This document shows, in pieces, positions 1 to 9,427 of a stretch of DNA of 64,000 bases. The position numbers and the translations under genes are program-made. Position 1 is the first letter of the stretch. The number at the start of each line of letters is the position of its first letter. This DNA comes from Patescibacteria group bacterium (lineage in GTDB: Bacteria > Patescibacteriota > Minisyncoccia > Phycocordibacterales > PALSA-1337): NCBI GenBank assembly GCA_018971685.1, contig JAGXAG010000002.1:2276-66275 (forward strand), given 5' to 3'. The notes beneath the pieces were generated by a model. The model was not told the origin of the DNA. It searched no databases and saw only the letters and a list, made by a program, of their open reading frames with translations.

Positions 1-23
1 TCTACCAAATGAGCTAATGGCCC
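1..23 (-). tRNA. 5' end of a tRNA (probably tRNA-Ala), cut by the window edge
   Basis: Reverse complement reads GGGCCATTAGCTCATTTGGTAGA (acceptor 5' strand and D arm); the anticodon lies outside the window. Confidence 0.75.
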
Positions 24-106
24 GCGCGTCTCAACGATCTCTGACTGAGATAATCTAGCACAAATTGAGAATTTTTCCAAAACACGCTATGCTGAGATCC
101 GTGATC

Positions 107-177
107 CGGGCTGTAGTATAGTGGTAGTATACATCCATGGGGTGGATGCGGTCCGGGTTCGATTCCCGGCAGCCCGA
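107..177 (+). tRNA. tRNA-Pro(GGG)
   Basis: Acceptor CGGGCTG/CAGCCCG, anticodon arm CATCC-AT GGG GT-GGATG, T arm GGTTCGATTCC; no encoded CCA. Confidence 0.95.
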
Positions 178-186
178 CAACGGTAT

Positions 187-211
187 GCCGAAGCTCCGGA
201 AGAGCGCAGGC
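187..211. repeat. Short imperfect palindrome (GCCGAAGCT...AGCGCAGGC type) in the tRNA spacer
   Basis: GCCGAAGCTCCGGAAGAGCGCAGGC folds as GCC/GGC and GCTC/GAGC around an internal loop. Confidence 0.5.
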
Positions 212-219
212 GACCAGAA

Positions 220-293
220 GCACCCTTAGCTCAGTCGGCTAGAGCGCGCCCTTCACACGGGCGAGGTCGCAAGTTCGAGCCTTGCAGGGTGCA
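220..293 (+). tRNA. tRNA-Val(CAC)
   Basis: Acceptor GCACCCT/AGGGTGC, anticodon arm CGCCC-TT CAC AC-GGGCG, T loop GTTCGAG. Confidence 0.95.
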
Positions 294-357
294 CCGTTTT
301 GTTAAAGTTTTGTGCGGCGCGAGTGCGATGCTTGTCGTCGCGCAGCTGAATATTTTA

Positions 358-1926
358 TCAGCCAGTGTTCAAAGGCAGGGAAAATGAGAAGGTGCTGCCC
401 TTGCCCGGACCCTCCGATTCCGCACGGATGCGGCCATGATAATGAGAAATAATCCGCTTGGCCATGTATAGGCCTATGCCCATGCCTTCGGTATAAGCGG
501 AACGGGCGCGTGCGCCGCGGTAAAATTTGCCGAAAAGCAATTGCAATTCCTCTTTCGGTATGCCTATGCCGCTGTCTTTGACGGAAAATACGGCCATGTC
601 GCCGTTTCCGCGCGTTACTGCGACTTGTATTTTGCCGTTCGGCTCGGAATAATGAATGGCGTTTTCCAATAGTACCTGCGCGGCAAATTTGACGCGACTC
701 TCATCGCAAATAACATTCAAACCGAGCGAGATATCTTTGACCAGCGTTATGTTTCTGGACTCAAAAGCATCTTTCAAATTGTTGATGGAGGCTTCTGCCA
801 AGGAAGACAGATTGACTTCGGCTTCGCGGTATTGATAACCCGCCGCGTCCGGTTCGGAGATATTGACGAGTGCATCAGTCAAACCGACGAGTTTGGAGTC
901 TGCTTCGCGGATGTAGTCGATCTGCGTGCGCAGAGCGGCGTCGGAGACTGCATCAGTCAGATTTTCGGCCGCCCATTTGATCTGTGTCAGAGGCGTACGG
1001 AACTTATGAGTGACAACAGTGACGAATTCGTATTTCATCACATCTTCTTCGCGCAATTTGCGCCACACGAATACTGCTACGGTAACGACGACGGCCGCCG
1101 ACGCCAGCGGCCCTACCCAGATGGGAAAACTTGAATTGGCTTGATTGAGCGAACGGTTTACATAATCGATCATGGCGATAAATCCGCCGATCAAACCTAT
1201 CGACAGGCTGTAGGCGAACGCCTGTTTGGCGATGATCTTGACGCTGAACAGTTCGTATTTCACGACGCCGTAAAGGAGCGGTGCGGCAAAAATGCCCGTA
1301 AATATACCCCAGAGAGGGTCAACGGGTATGTTATAGACCAGGAGATTCGGTAAAAAGCCGATGCTGTAGCCGATCACGATCGCCCACAAAAAATAAGACA
1401 ATTGCTTGCGTCTGTCGGCGTTGGTTTCGCGGCGACAGGCCTGGGCCAATTTCACGACCATGTAAGGCACAGCTATGCCGAAAAGCAACAACAATCGCAC
1501 GAAGTTCAGCGGCCCGGGGTTGTAATAATTCGGAAAATACATTTTCGGCACTGACGGCAATAAGAATAGATCGGGACTCGCCACGGAAATTATCACGAAC
1601 AAAACAGCCATAACATACATGAATATTATTGCCGGCGAAATCTTCCGGCCATTTCCGAGGATGGCGAACACGGCGTGGGCGTTGAATATGCCTATGAATG
1701 GTATGGCCAGATTGAACATCAATATTTCGCGCGACAACCCGTGGTCCGATACATTCACACCGATTACATGAGACAACGCATAAACAGCCAGAGACAGCAT
1801 TGCCAACGAAAAAGTAACATTGACAATGGAACGCGAATTATTGAGCAAAATGAAAATCGACAAGCCCAGGCCGACTACCGAAAGCGAAACGAAGCCGATG
1901 TTATGGAAGAGTAAGTGCAGATCCAT
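358..1926 (-). CDS. Membrane-bound sensor histidine kinase (multi-TM N-terminus, HisKA and HATPase_c)
   Basis: H box THKFRTPLT, N box ENAIHYS, G1 DSGIGI, G2 GMGIGL, GPGKGSTF; many N-terminal hydrophobic helices. Confidence 0.92.
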   Translation of the reverse strand: MDLHLLFHNIGFVSLSVVGLGLSIFILLNNSRSIVNVTFSLAMLSLAVYALSHVIGVNVSDHGLSREILMFNLAIPFIGIFNAHAVFAILGNGRKISPAIIFMYVMAVLFVIISVASPDLFLLPSVPKMYFPNYYNPGPLNFVRLLLLFGIAVPYMVVKLAQACRRETNADRRKQLSYFLWAIVIGYSIGFLPNLLVYNIPVDPLWGIFTGIFAAPLLYGVVKYELFSVKIIAKQAFAYSLSIGLIGGFIAMIDYVNRSLNQANSSFPIWVGPLASAAVVVTVAVFVWRKLREEDVMKYEFVTVVTHKFRTPLTQIKWAAENLTDAVSDAALRTQIDYIREADSKLVGLTDALVNISEPDAAGYQYREAEVNLSSLAEASINNLKDAFESRNITLVKDISLGLNVICDESRVKFAAQVLLENAIHYSEPNGKIQVAVTRGNGDMAVFSVKDSGIGIPKEELQLLFGKFYRGARARSAYTEGMGIGLYMAKRIISHYHGRIRAESEGPGKGSTFSFSLPLNTG

Positions 1927-1998
1927 CGAAGTATGTCGATATTGTACCACGGACGCCGTCTTGCAAAAACGCCATCTATCTGCGAAACTAAAATTGCC

Positions 1999-2190
1999 AT
2001 GGAAACATTCGCGTCGATAGTATCGCAGCTTTGGTCAATCTGGGCGGAAATGCTCGAGGCTGTTTGGTCGATCTTGCCCAAAGCAATTTCTTTTTTGTTC
2101 TGGGTGTTGTCGGCCATTGTCATATTGCCGTGCGTGTTCGTGGCGGGACAGTTGTATCCGAAATGGGTGGAGTGGGGAGAAGATTTATAG
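1999..2190 (+). CDS. Small membrane protein (63 aa)
   Basis: METFASIVSQLWSIW...LYPKWVEWGEDL, amphipathic then hydrophobic helix; fills the gap between the kinase and zwf. Confidence 0.7.
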   Translation: METFASIVSQLWSIWAEMLEAVWSILPKAISFLFWVLSAIVILPCVFVAGQLYPKWVEWGEDL

Positions 2191-2242
2191 TTTGTCGTTG
2201 GCAATGATAAGTTATCGGTTTGACAGGAAAAATATAAAAGCG

Positions 2243-3697
2243 ATGCCAATTGATATTCAGAATAATAACGGAAAAATATCGCATCCGACAATCTTCGTAA
2301 TATTCGGGATTACCGGGGATTTGGCGGCCAGGAAGCTTTTGCCGGCGCTGATCGGACTATACGCCAAGAAATTGTTACCGGATAGATTTTGCGTGATCGG
2401 ATTTTCGAGGAGGTCATTCTCCAGGGAAGAATTCCGGGAATTGATCCGCGGCCGGCTCAATATACGTCCGGGCCAATTCAAGGAAGAAGACATCAAGCAT
2501 TTTTTCGATAAAGTTTCATATGAACAGGGGCACTTCGATTCACCGGCGGCTTACGGCCGGTTGTCGAAACAGGTTGAAGCGATCGACAAACAATGGGGAC
2601 AATGTTCGAACAAACTTTTTCATCTGTCGGTACCGCCGAGCTTGTACGAAGGCATACTGAATAATTTGGCGACATCCAAGCTGACAGTGCCTTGCGGTGA
2701 CGGCACCGGCTGGACGCGTATTTTGATCGAGAAGCCGTTCGGTAACGATATCGAAACAGCCGCTTCACTGGACAAACTGCTCGGCAAACTATTCAAGGAA
2801 GAACAAATTTTCCGTATTGACCATTATTTGGCCAAAGAGGTCTTGCAGAACATCCTGGCCTTTCGTTTTCATAATTCGCTGTTTGAGCCGGTTTGGAACA
2901 GAAAATTTGTCAGCCGCGTTCACATCAAGCTGTTCGAAAAGATCGGTGTAGAAGGGCGCGGCGCGCTTTATGACAAGATCGGCGCTTTAACGGATGTGGG
3001 CCAAAATCATATGTTGCAAATGCTGTCTTTGATAGCCATGGAACGTCCGAAATCATTCGATGCCGTCGGCGTGCGGCGCGCGCGCGCCAAGACGATGCGG
3101 ATGGTCGAAACGATCAAGCCGAAACAGCTCGGCCGTTTGGCGGCGCGCGGGCAATACGAAGGATACTTGAATGAACCGGGCGTGTTGCCGGGATCAAAAA
3201 CCGAAACCTATTTTCGCATTGAGGCCAAAGTGAATAACACGCGATGGAAAGGAGTGCCTTTTTACCTAGAGAGCGGCAAGGGTTTTGCCGACAGTAGGAC
3301 AGAAATTGACATATACTTCAACGGCAATAATGTTCATGGCTGGTTGCGTAAGGACGAATCGCACGGCGAATTCGCGAAAGTATCGCGGCAAAATATTTTG
3401 ACTTTCAGGATCCAGCCGGAAGAATGCATCAAAGTGCGGTTTTTCGTTAAGGCGCCTGGCAAGTCGTGGATTACAGAGCCGCGGACGCTAAAATTCAAGT
3501 ATTCCGATGTTCCGGAATATTCGGATTTGCCGAACGATTACGAACGGCTGATCGGCGATGCGTTTTCGGGGGACCAGATGCTGTTTGCTTCGACGGAAGA
3601 GATCATGGCATCTTGGCGGTTTATCACACCGATAGCGGAGAACTGGAGCAAGGTGCCGCTCAAAATTTACAAGAGGGGAGTGAGGGAAATTGAGTGA
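2243..3697 (+). CDS. zwf: Glucose-6-phosphate 1-dehydrogenase
   Basis: GITGDLA, IEKPFG, RIDHYLAKE, DVGQNHMLQ, RWKGVPFY motifs. Confidence 0.97.
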   Translation: MPIDIQNNNGKISHPTIFVIFGITGDLAARKLLPALIGLYAKKLLPDRFCVIGFSRRSFSREEFRELIRGRLNIRPGQFKEEDIKHFFDKVSYEQGHFDSPAAYGRLSKQVEAIDKQWGQCSNKLFHLSVPPSLYEGILNNLATSKLTVPCGDGTGWTRILIEKPFGNDIETAASLDKLLGKLFKEEQIFRIDHYLAKEVLQNILAFRFHNSLFEPVWNRKFVSRVHIKLFEKIGVEGRGALYDKIGALTDVGQNHMLQMLSLIAMERPKSFDAVGVRRARAKTMRMVETIKPKQLGRLAARGQYEGYLNEPGVLPGSKTETYFRIEAKVNNTRWKGVPFYLESGKGFADSRTEIDIYFNGNNVHGWLRKDESHGEFAKVSRQNILTFRIQPEECIKVRFFVKAPGKSWITEPRTLKFKYSDVPEYSDLPNDYERLIGDAFSGDQMLFASTEEIMASWRFITPIAENWSKVPLKIYKRGVREIE

Positions 3698-3714
3698 GTT
3701 TACAATTTATAACC

Positions 3715-4713
3715 ATGTCCCTATCCATCGGAATCGTCGGCCTGCCGAATGTGGGAAAATCCACATTGTTCAACGCGCTCACGAAAAAGACCGTGCCGGC
3801 GGAAAATTATCCGTTTTGCACGATCGACCCTTCGGTGGGAGTGGTGGCGGTGCCGGACGAAAGATTGAATAAACTTTCGGAATTTTCTAAATCGGCAAAG
3901 ACGGTGCCGGCGGCGGTTCAATTTACAGACATAGCGGGGCTGGTGAAGGGCGCCTCGGAAGGCGAGGGGCTTGGCAACCAATTCCTTTCTCATATCCGCG
4001 AAACGGACGCTATCGCCGAAGTGGTGAGGATTTTCGAAGACGATGATATCATTCATGTCAACAACAAAGTCGATCCGCTGAATGATATCGGCGTCATCAA
4101 CCTCGAATTGATCCTGGCGGATTTGCAGACGGTGACGAAGCGACAAGCGTCGATAGGCAAAGAAGTCAAAGCCGGCAAAAAGGAGGCAGTCATTGAAGCA
4201 AGTCTTCTGGAAAAGCTGGCTAAGGTCCTGAAAGGCGGTGAGCTGGCATCGGCGGTAAAAGTGGATGAGCAGGAAACGCCGATCCTGAAGAGGTTGTGCC
4301 TGATCAGCGCCAAGCCGATCTTGTATGTCCTGAACACTTCCGAAGCCGGCAAAAATCTCGATGAAATAGAGTCGAAAATTTCCGGACCTTTGGTCAAAGT
4401 CGATCCAATATTCGAGAAGGGATTGGGAGATCTTATCAGGAAAAGTTACGAAATCTTGAACTTGATCACCTTTTTCACCACCGGCGCGGACGAGACTCGA
4501 GGCTGGACGATCCGGCGCGGCTCGACCGCTCCCGAAGCCGGTGCCGCTATTCATGGCGATTTCAAGGACAAATTCATCAAAGCGGAGGTGATCGAGTGGG
4601 ACAAACTGTTATCCGCCGGATCATATGCGAATGCCCGCGAAAATGGCTTGTTGCGCACCGAAGGTAAAGAGTATTTGGTCAAAGACGGAGATGTGATAGA
4701 GTTTAAGGTCTAG
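3715..4713 (+). CDS. ychF: Redox-regulated ribosome-binding ATPase YchF
   Basis: GIVGLPNVGKSTLFN, NYPFCTIDP, DIAGLVKGAS.GEGLGNQFL, C-terminal EGKEY.VKDGD. Confidence 0.97.
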   Translation: MSLSIGIVGLPNVGKSTLFNALTKKTVPAENYPFCTIDPSVGVVAVPDERLNKLSEFSKSAKTVPAAVQFTDIAGLVKGASEGEGLGNQFLSHIRETDAIAEVVRIFEDDDIIHVNNKVDPLNDIGVINLELILADLQTVTKRQASIGKEVKAGKKEAVIEASLLEKLAKVLKGGELASAVKVDEQETPILKRLCLISAKPILYVLNTSEAGKNLDEIESKISGPLVKVDPIFEKGLGDLIRKSYEILNLITFFTTGADETRGWTIRRGSTAPEAGAAIHGDFKDKFIKAEVIEWDKLLSAGSYANARENGLLRTEGKEYLVKDGDVIEFKV

Positions 4714-4746
4714 GAAAAATTTTAGACTTGGTACATACTTATTGTT

Positions 4747-5031
4747 ATGTATCAAAGACCCTACACAGCCGAAGAAATTCGAAAATTCTATCCAGATAAA
4801 GCAGAAATTCTGTTAAAAGATTCAGTACATTTATGGAGAGCTGAAACTGGAATTGAATTGATTCACAAAGAGCCGACATTGGAGGAACAGGAAAGAATCT
4901 GGAAGAATTGGAATGAGATGACTGAAGAAATGAAAGCTCAAAGTGATGCAAAAAGTAAGGAACTCTTCGGAATGGACAATGCCACTCATAATCAGGAAAT
5001 TATGAGTAATTGGGGCATAAAGAAGACGTAG
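4747..5031 (+). CDS. Hypothetical protein (94 aa, AT-rich)
   Basis: Clean ORF with a -10-like element upstream; no motif recognised. Confidence 0.7.
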   Translation: MYQRPYTAEEIRKFYPDKAEILLKDSVHLWRAETGIELIHKEPTLEEQERIWKNWNEMTEEMKAQSDAKSKELFGMDNATHNQEIMSNWGIKKT

Positions 5032-5075
5032 GTCTCATAGAGTTTAAAATATAAATATGATATAAATATTTGTGT

Positions 5076-5246
5076 ATGTTCAAGAAAAAATCCTCGAGAA
5101 AGAAGTTTGTGAATTATCGAGCCAACGAAACGCACTATCAGCCGATCGCGAGTTTCGCGGTGCAAGATAGATTTTACAAATACTTCTTTTTGGCGATTCT
5201 TTTTACGATCGTCACAGCCGTTTATGTCGCCCTGCACATCCGGTGA
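5076..5246 (+). CDS. Small membrane protein (56 aa, missing from the ORF track)
   Basis: Manual translation: MFKKKSSRKKFVNYRANETHYQPIASFAVQDRFYKYFFLAILFTIVTAVYVALHIR*; basic N-terminus, C-terminal TM helix, terminator downstream. Confidence 0.6.
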   Translation: MFKKKSSRKKFVNYRANETHYQPIASFAVQDRFYKYFFLAILFTIVTAVYVALHIR

Positions 5247-5271
5247 TGGCAGGTGCTCCGTTGTTTCTTTC

Positions 5272-5303
5272 GAGTCGCCTTGCCTGCGGAGGCGACTTTT
5301 TTT
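5272..5303 (+). terminator. Intrinsic terminator
   Basis: AGTCGCCT...AGGCGACT stem followed by a T run. Confidence 0.7.
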
Positions 5304-5332
5304 ATGTGGCGAATTGAGTTATGATGATTTTC

Positions 5333-8224
5333 ATGAAAAAAGAACAGAAATACGCACCCGCCAAGATAGAGAAAAAGTGGCAGAAAAAGTGGGCGGCGGC
5401 GAAAATCTATAAGACGAAAGAAGGCGGAAAGACCGGTAATAAAAGTTCACCGCAAGATAAATATTATGTGCTCGACATGTTCCCATACCCGTCCGGCGAA
5501 GGCTTGCATGTCGGCCACCCCAAGGGCTATATCGCCACCGATGTTGTTTCCCGAATGAAACGCATGCAGGGCAAGAATGTGTTGCACCCCATGGGTTTCG
5601 ACGCTTTCGGACTGCCGGCAGAAAATTACGCGCTCAAGATGAAGAAAAATCCGATGGACTTGACCGCCAAGAATGTGAAGCGGTTCAAAGATCAGCTGGA
5701 AATTCTCGGCTTCGATTATGATTGGTCGCGCGAAGTCAACACCACCGATCCGAAATATTACAAATGGACGCAATGGATATTCTTGCAACTTTTCAAGAAG
5801 GGCCTGGCTTACGAATCATTCGAGCCCATCAACTGGTGTCCTTCATGCAAAACCGGCCTTGCCAACGAAGACATCGAAAACGGCCGTTGCGAGCGCTGTG
5901 GCACACCGGTTGAGAAGAAGCCGATGCGTCAGTGGGTTTTGAAGATTACTGATTATGCGGAGAGGCTTCTGAATGATCTGGATGCAAAAAATAATGACGG
6001 CAAGCCGCTTCTCGATTGGCCGGAATCGATAAAAGAGGCGCAGAGGAATTGGATAGGGAGGAGCGAGGGAGCACTGATAAAGTTTCGATTCCAAGGTCGG
6101 ACCTTGGAAGTGGAAGTATTCACGACGCGGCCGGATACTTTGTTCGGCGTGACTTATTTGGTATTGGCGCCGGAGCACAAACTAGTCCAAGAATTATTGG
6201 CTGATGTGGAAAATCGCAAAGAGGTCGAGGAATATGTCTCAAAAGCGCGATTGGAGACGGAAATAGAGCGCACTGATGTCAAAAAAGAGAAAACGGGCGT
6301 GGAATTGAAAGGCATCAAGGCGATAAACCCGGCCAACAATGAAGAGGTGCCTGTATGGGTGGCCGACTATGTTCTGGCCGATTACGGCACAGGCGCCGTC
6401 ATGGCGGTGCCGGCGCACGATGAGCGCGATTGGGAGTTTGCGAAGAAATTTGATTTGCCTATAAAGGATGTTGTTAGGCATGTTTGGGGCAATAAATTAC
6501 CTAATGAAGAATTTAGAAAAAGTGTATGTGCAATAGTTAGGAATAAGAAAGACGGCAAAATATTATTATTAAAGTGGAAAAACGGTGAGAAATGGATTTC
6601 CCCGGTGATCGGGGGTGTTGAGGATAGAGAATCATATGAAGATGCTGCAGTACGAGAGGTCTTGGAAGAAACTGGTTACAAAGCAAAAATAGTTGAACCT
6701 ATAAGTTTTGAAATAGATTCTCATTTTTTCGCTACACATAAAGGTATTGCTAGGCATAGGACAATCAAACATTTCCTTCTGGAAACAAATGAAGATAGTC
6801 ATGTAGGTGTTTCTAAGAAAGAATCTGAAAAACATGAACTATTTTGGACCACTCTCGATGATGCAATAAGTTGTATAACTCACAGTGATAATAAAATAGG
6901 TCTACAGGGAATTAAATCTGGAAACTATTCCTATATTGGAGAAGGTGTTCTGGTTAATTCTGGTCAATTCAACGGAAAAAATTCAGAGGAAGTCAAAAAA
7001 GAAATCACGGACTTTGTTGGCGGGAAATGGGTGACGAAATACAAATTGCGAGACTGGGTATTCTCGCGGCAAAGGTATTGGGGCGAACCGATCCCGATCA
7101 TTCATTGCGGGAAGTGCGGCGTAGTGCCGGTGCCCGAGAAAGATCTGCCGGTCAAATTACCGAAAGTGAAGTCGTACGAGCCGACCGGGACCGGGGAATC
7201 ACCATTGGCGGCCATAAAGAATTGGGTGAATGTGAAGTGTTCGAAATGCAAAGGCCCGGCCAAAAGAGAGACAAATACCATGCCGCAATGGGCCGGTTCG
7301 TCTTGGTATTATTTGAGATACGAGGATCCCAAGAATGCCAAGAAATTGGTTGATCCGAATAAAGAGAAATACTGGTCGCCTGTTGATCTCTATGTCGGCG
7401 GCGCCGAACATGCCACGCGGCACCTAATTTACGCGCGTTTTTGGCACAAATTCTTATATGACATAGGCGTCGTTTCGGCGATCGAGCCGTTCAAGAAGCT
7501 CCAGAATGTGGGGCTCATTATGGGTGAAGATGGTAGAAAGATGTCCAAGCGGTTTGGCAATGTGGTCAATCCTGACGACATTGTGAATGCTTACGGCGCC
7601 GATACCATGCGCATTTACGAAATGTTCATGGGGCCCTTTGATCAACAGATTTCATGGAGCACTTCAAGCATGGTCGGTGCTCGCAGATTCATTGAAAGAG
7701 TATGGAAATTAAGAAAACACACGGCGAGCGAGGAGGGAGAGGCGCCGACCGGGCGCGTTGATAAAATCTTACATAAGACCATCAAAAAGGTTACGAAAGA
7801 TATCGATGACCTAAAATTCAACACCGCAGTAAGTTCACTCATGATTGCCGCCAACGAATTGGAAAAAGTTAAGTCAATAAGCCGCGAGCAGTTCGAAATA
7901 CTGTTGAAACTGCTGGCGCCGTTCATCCCACATGTTGCCGATGAATTGTGGACCGGTTTCGGCAACAAGAGATCAATCCATGTCTCGGGATGGCCGGTGT
8001 GCGACGAGAAGTTGTCGGCTGAGGAAAAAGTGACGATTGCCGTGCAAGTCAATGGCAAAACGCGCGGTTCATTCGAGGCACTTATTGATATTCCTGACGA
8101 TGAATTGAAAAATAAGGCTCTTAGTTTGCCGGAAATAAAAAAATGGATTGACGGTAAAGTTTTGAAGAAAACCATCGTCGTTAAAAACAAGTTGGTCAGT
8201 CTTGTGGCCTCTGATTTATCTTAA
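5333..8224 (+). CDS. leuS: Leucine--tRNA ligase with an internal Nudix domain
   Basis: MFPYPSG..LHVGH, VFTTRPDT, YGTGAVMAVPAHD, SRQRYWGEPIP, KMSKR; Nudix box GGVEDRESYEDAAVREVLEETGY inserted at about 6480-6930. Confidence 0.97.
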   Translation: MKKEQKYAPAKIEKKWQKKWAAAKIYKTKEGGKTGNKSSPQDKYYVLDMFPYPSGEGLHVGHPKGYIATDVVSRMKRMQGKNVLHPMGFDAFGLPAENYALKMKKNPMDLTAKNVKRFKDQLEILGFDYDWSREVNTTDPKYYKWTQWIFLQLFKKGLAYESFEPINWCPSCKTGLANEDIENGRCERCGTPVEKKPMRQWVLKITDYAERLLNDLDAKNNDGKPLLDWPESIKEAQRNWIGRSEGALIKFRFQGRTLEVEVFTTRPDTLFGVTYLVLAPEHKLVQELLADVENRKEVEEYVSKARLETEIERTDVKKEKTGVELKGIKAINPANNEEVPVWVADYVLADYGTGAVMAVPAHDERDWEFAKKFDLPIKDVVRHVWGNKLPNEEFRKSVCAIVRNKKDGKILLLKWKNGEKWISPVIGGVEDRESYEDAAVREVLEETGYKAKIVEPISFEIDSHFFATHKGIARHRTIKHFLLETNEDSHVGVSKKESEKHELFWTTLDDAISCITHSDNKIGLQGIKSGNYSYIGEGVLVNSGQFNGKNSEEVKKEITDFVGGKWVTKYKLRDWVFSRQRYWGEPIPIIHCGKCGVVPVPEKDLPVKLPKVKSYEPTGTGESPLAAIKNWVNVKCSKCKGPAKRETNTMPQWAGSSWYYLRYEDPKNAKKLVDPNKEKYWSPVDLYVGGAEHATRHLIYARFWHKFLYDIGVVSAIEPFKKLQNVGLIMGEDGRKMSKRFGNVVNPDDIVNAYGADTMRIYEMFMGPFDQQISWSTSSMVGARRFIERVWKLRKHTASEEGEAPTGRVDKILHKTIKKVTKDIDDLKFNTAVSSLMIAANELEKVKSISREQFEILLKLLAPFIPHVADELWTGFGNKRSIHVSGWPVCDEKLSAEEKVTIAVQVNGKTRGSFEALIDIPDDELKNKALSLPEIKKWIDGKVLKKTIVVKNKLVSLVASDLS
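6089..6109. repeat. Short REP-like palindrome in frame in leuS
   Basis: TTCCAAGGT-CGG-ACCTTGGAA, perfect 9-bp arms, encodes FQGRTLE; near-identical intergenic copy at 11737. Confidence 0.75.
7715..7746 (+). repeat. Right-half remnant of the large palindromic element, in frame in leuS
   Basis: AAACACACGGCGAGCGAGGAGGGAG matches rnhB 27410-27434 at 24/25; GAGGAGGGAGAGGCGCC matches the parB element at 16/17. Confidence 0.8.
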
Positions 8225-8320
8225 AAATCTATCCACAATCCCGTCGCGCTTGACTTGTGAACAACAAGGTGATAAAAATAAAGTCTCGAACGAGACAACA
8301 TTATAAGTAAACAAGCAAAC

Positions 8321-9367
8321 ATGGCCAACGCAACAGTTTCATTCAAGCCAAAACAGGTCGTAAAGAGACTTTTATCTCCGTTACCGGATCGAGCCAGGGA
8401 AGTTATGCAGATGCGTTTCGGATTGGGTAAGGATGTCCGCATGCTGACTCTGGACTCCATAGGACAAAAATACGGCATTACCAGAGAGCGCGTGCGCCAG
8501 ATCGAAGCGTATTCCATAGAATCGATCCGCAAATCCGAGGAATATCGTCTAGAAAAAGCCGCCTTTGCGGAATTGGAGGAACTGTTGTATTCGTTGGGCG
8601 GAGTAATCGTCGAAGATGATCTTCTCGGCCATGTATCCAAAGACAAGAGCTTGCGCAATCATATCCATTTCCTGCTTGCGATCGGCGAACCGTTCAAAAA
8701 GCTCAAAGAAGACGATGACTTCCGGCATCGCTGGCATGTCAACGAAGAGTTGGCGAAAAGTGTGGAGAACGCGCTCAAAAAGCTTTATGACAATCTCAGC
8801 ACTGACGATCTTTTGCCGGAATCAGAAGTTATCAACAAGTTCTTGAAACATTTGGAAGAAGTCTCGGAAAAATACAAAAATCAAGAGGTGATAAAGCGCT
8901 GGTTGGCCATATCCAAGCGCATAGGCAAAAACGCGCTCGGTGATTGGGGTTCGGCCAAATCGTCGAACATTAAGAACAAGGGTGTGCGCGATTACGCTTT
9001 TTTGGTGGTGCGCAAACACGGTTCGCCGATCCATTTTCGCGAGGTCGCCAAGCAGATCGAAAAGCTGTTCAATAAAAAGGCGCACACGGCAACGACGCAT
9101 AACGAGCTCATCAAAGACAAGAGATTTGTCTTGGTCGGCCGCGGCCTTTACGCTCTGGCCGAGTGGGGCTATATGCCGGGTGTCGTTCGCGATGTCATTC
9201 AGGCCATCATTGCCAAACACGGACCGATGACCAAGGACGAAATCGTCGACAAGGTGATGAAAGAGCGTTATGTCAAGGAAAATACCGTTACAGTCAATTT
9301 GCAAAACCCGAAGTATTTCAGGAGGGATGGAAGCGGCAAGTATTCGGTGGCGGCGGTGGTTCAGTAA
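8321..9367 (+). CDS. Sigma-70 region-4-like HTH protein with C-terminal winged-helix (HARE-HTH-like) domains
   Basis: RFGLG...TLDSIGQKYGITRERVRQIE; C-terminal HNELIKDKRFVLVGRGLYALAEW; no sigma region 2. Confidence 0.85.
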   Translation: MANATVSFKPKQVVKRLLSPLPDRAREVMQMRFGLGKDVRMLTLDSIGQKYGITRERVRQIEAYSIESIRKSEEYRLEKAAFAELEELLYSLGGVIVEDDLLGHVSKDKSLRNHIHFLLAIGEPFKKLKEDDDFRHRWHVNEELAKSVENALKKLYDNLSTDDLLPESEVINKFLKHLEEVSEKYKNQEVIKRWLAISKRIGKNALGDWGSAKSSNIKNKGVRDYAFLVVRKHGSPIHFREVAKQIEKLFNKKAHTATTHNELIKDKRFVLVGRGLYALAEWGYMPGVVRDVIQAIIAKHGPMTKDEIVDKVMKERYVKENTVTVNLQNPKYFRRDGSGKYSVAAVVQ

Positions 9368-9427
9368 CCAAGTTCGATGGTATCAAGGGCTCGCCCCGGC
9401 GCATCGGCTATATGATATAATAATGCC

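Noticed and set aside
3320-3392. Extra loop in Zwf (NGNNVHGWLRKDESHGEFAKVSR) as another palindromic element
   Set aside because: Only 4-5 bp stems, no family motif, and this Zwf region varies naturally.
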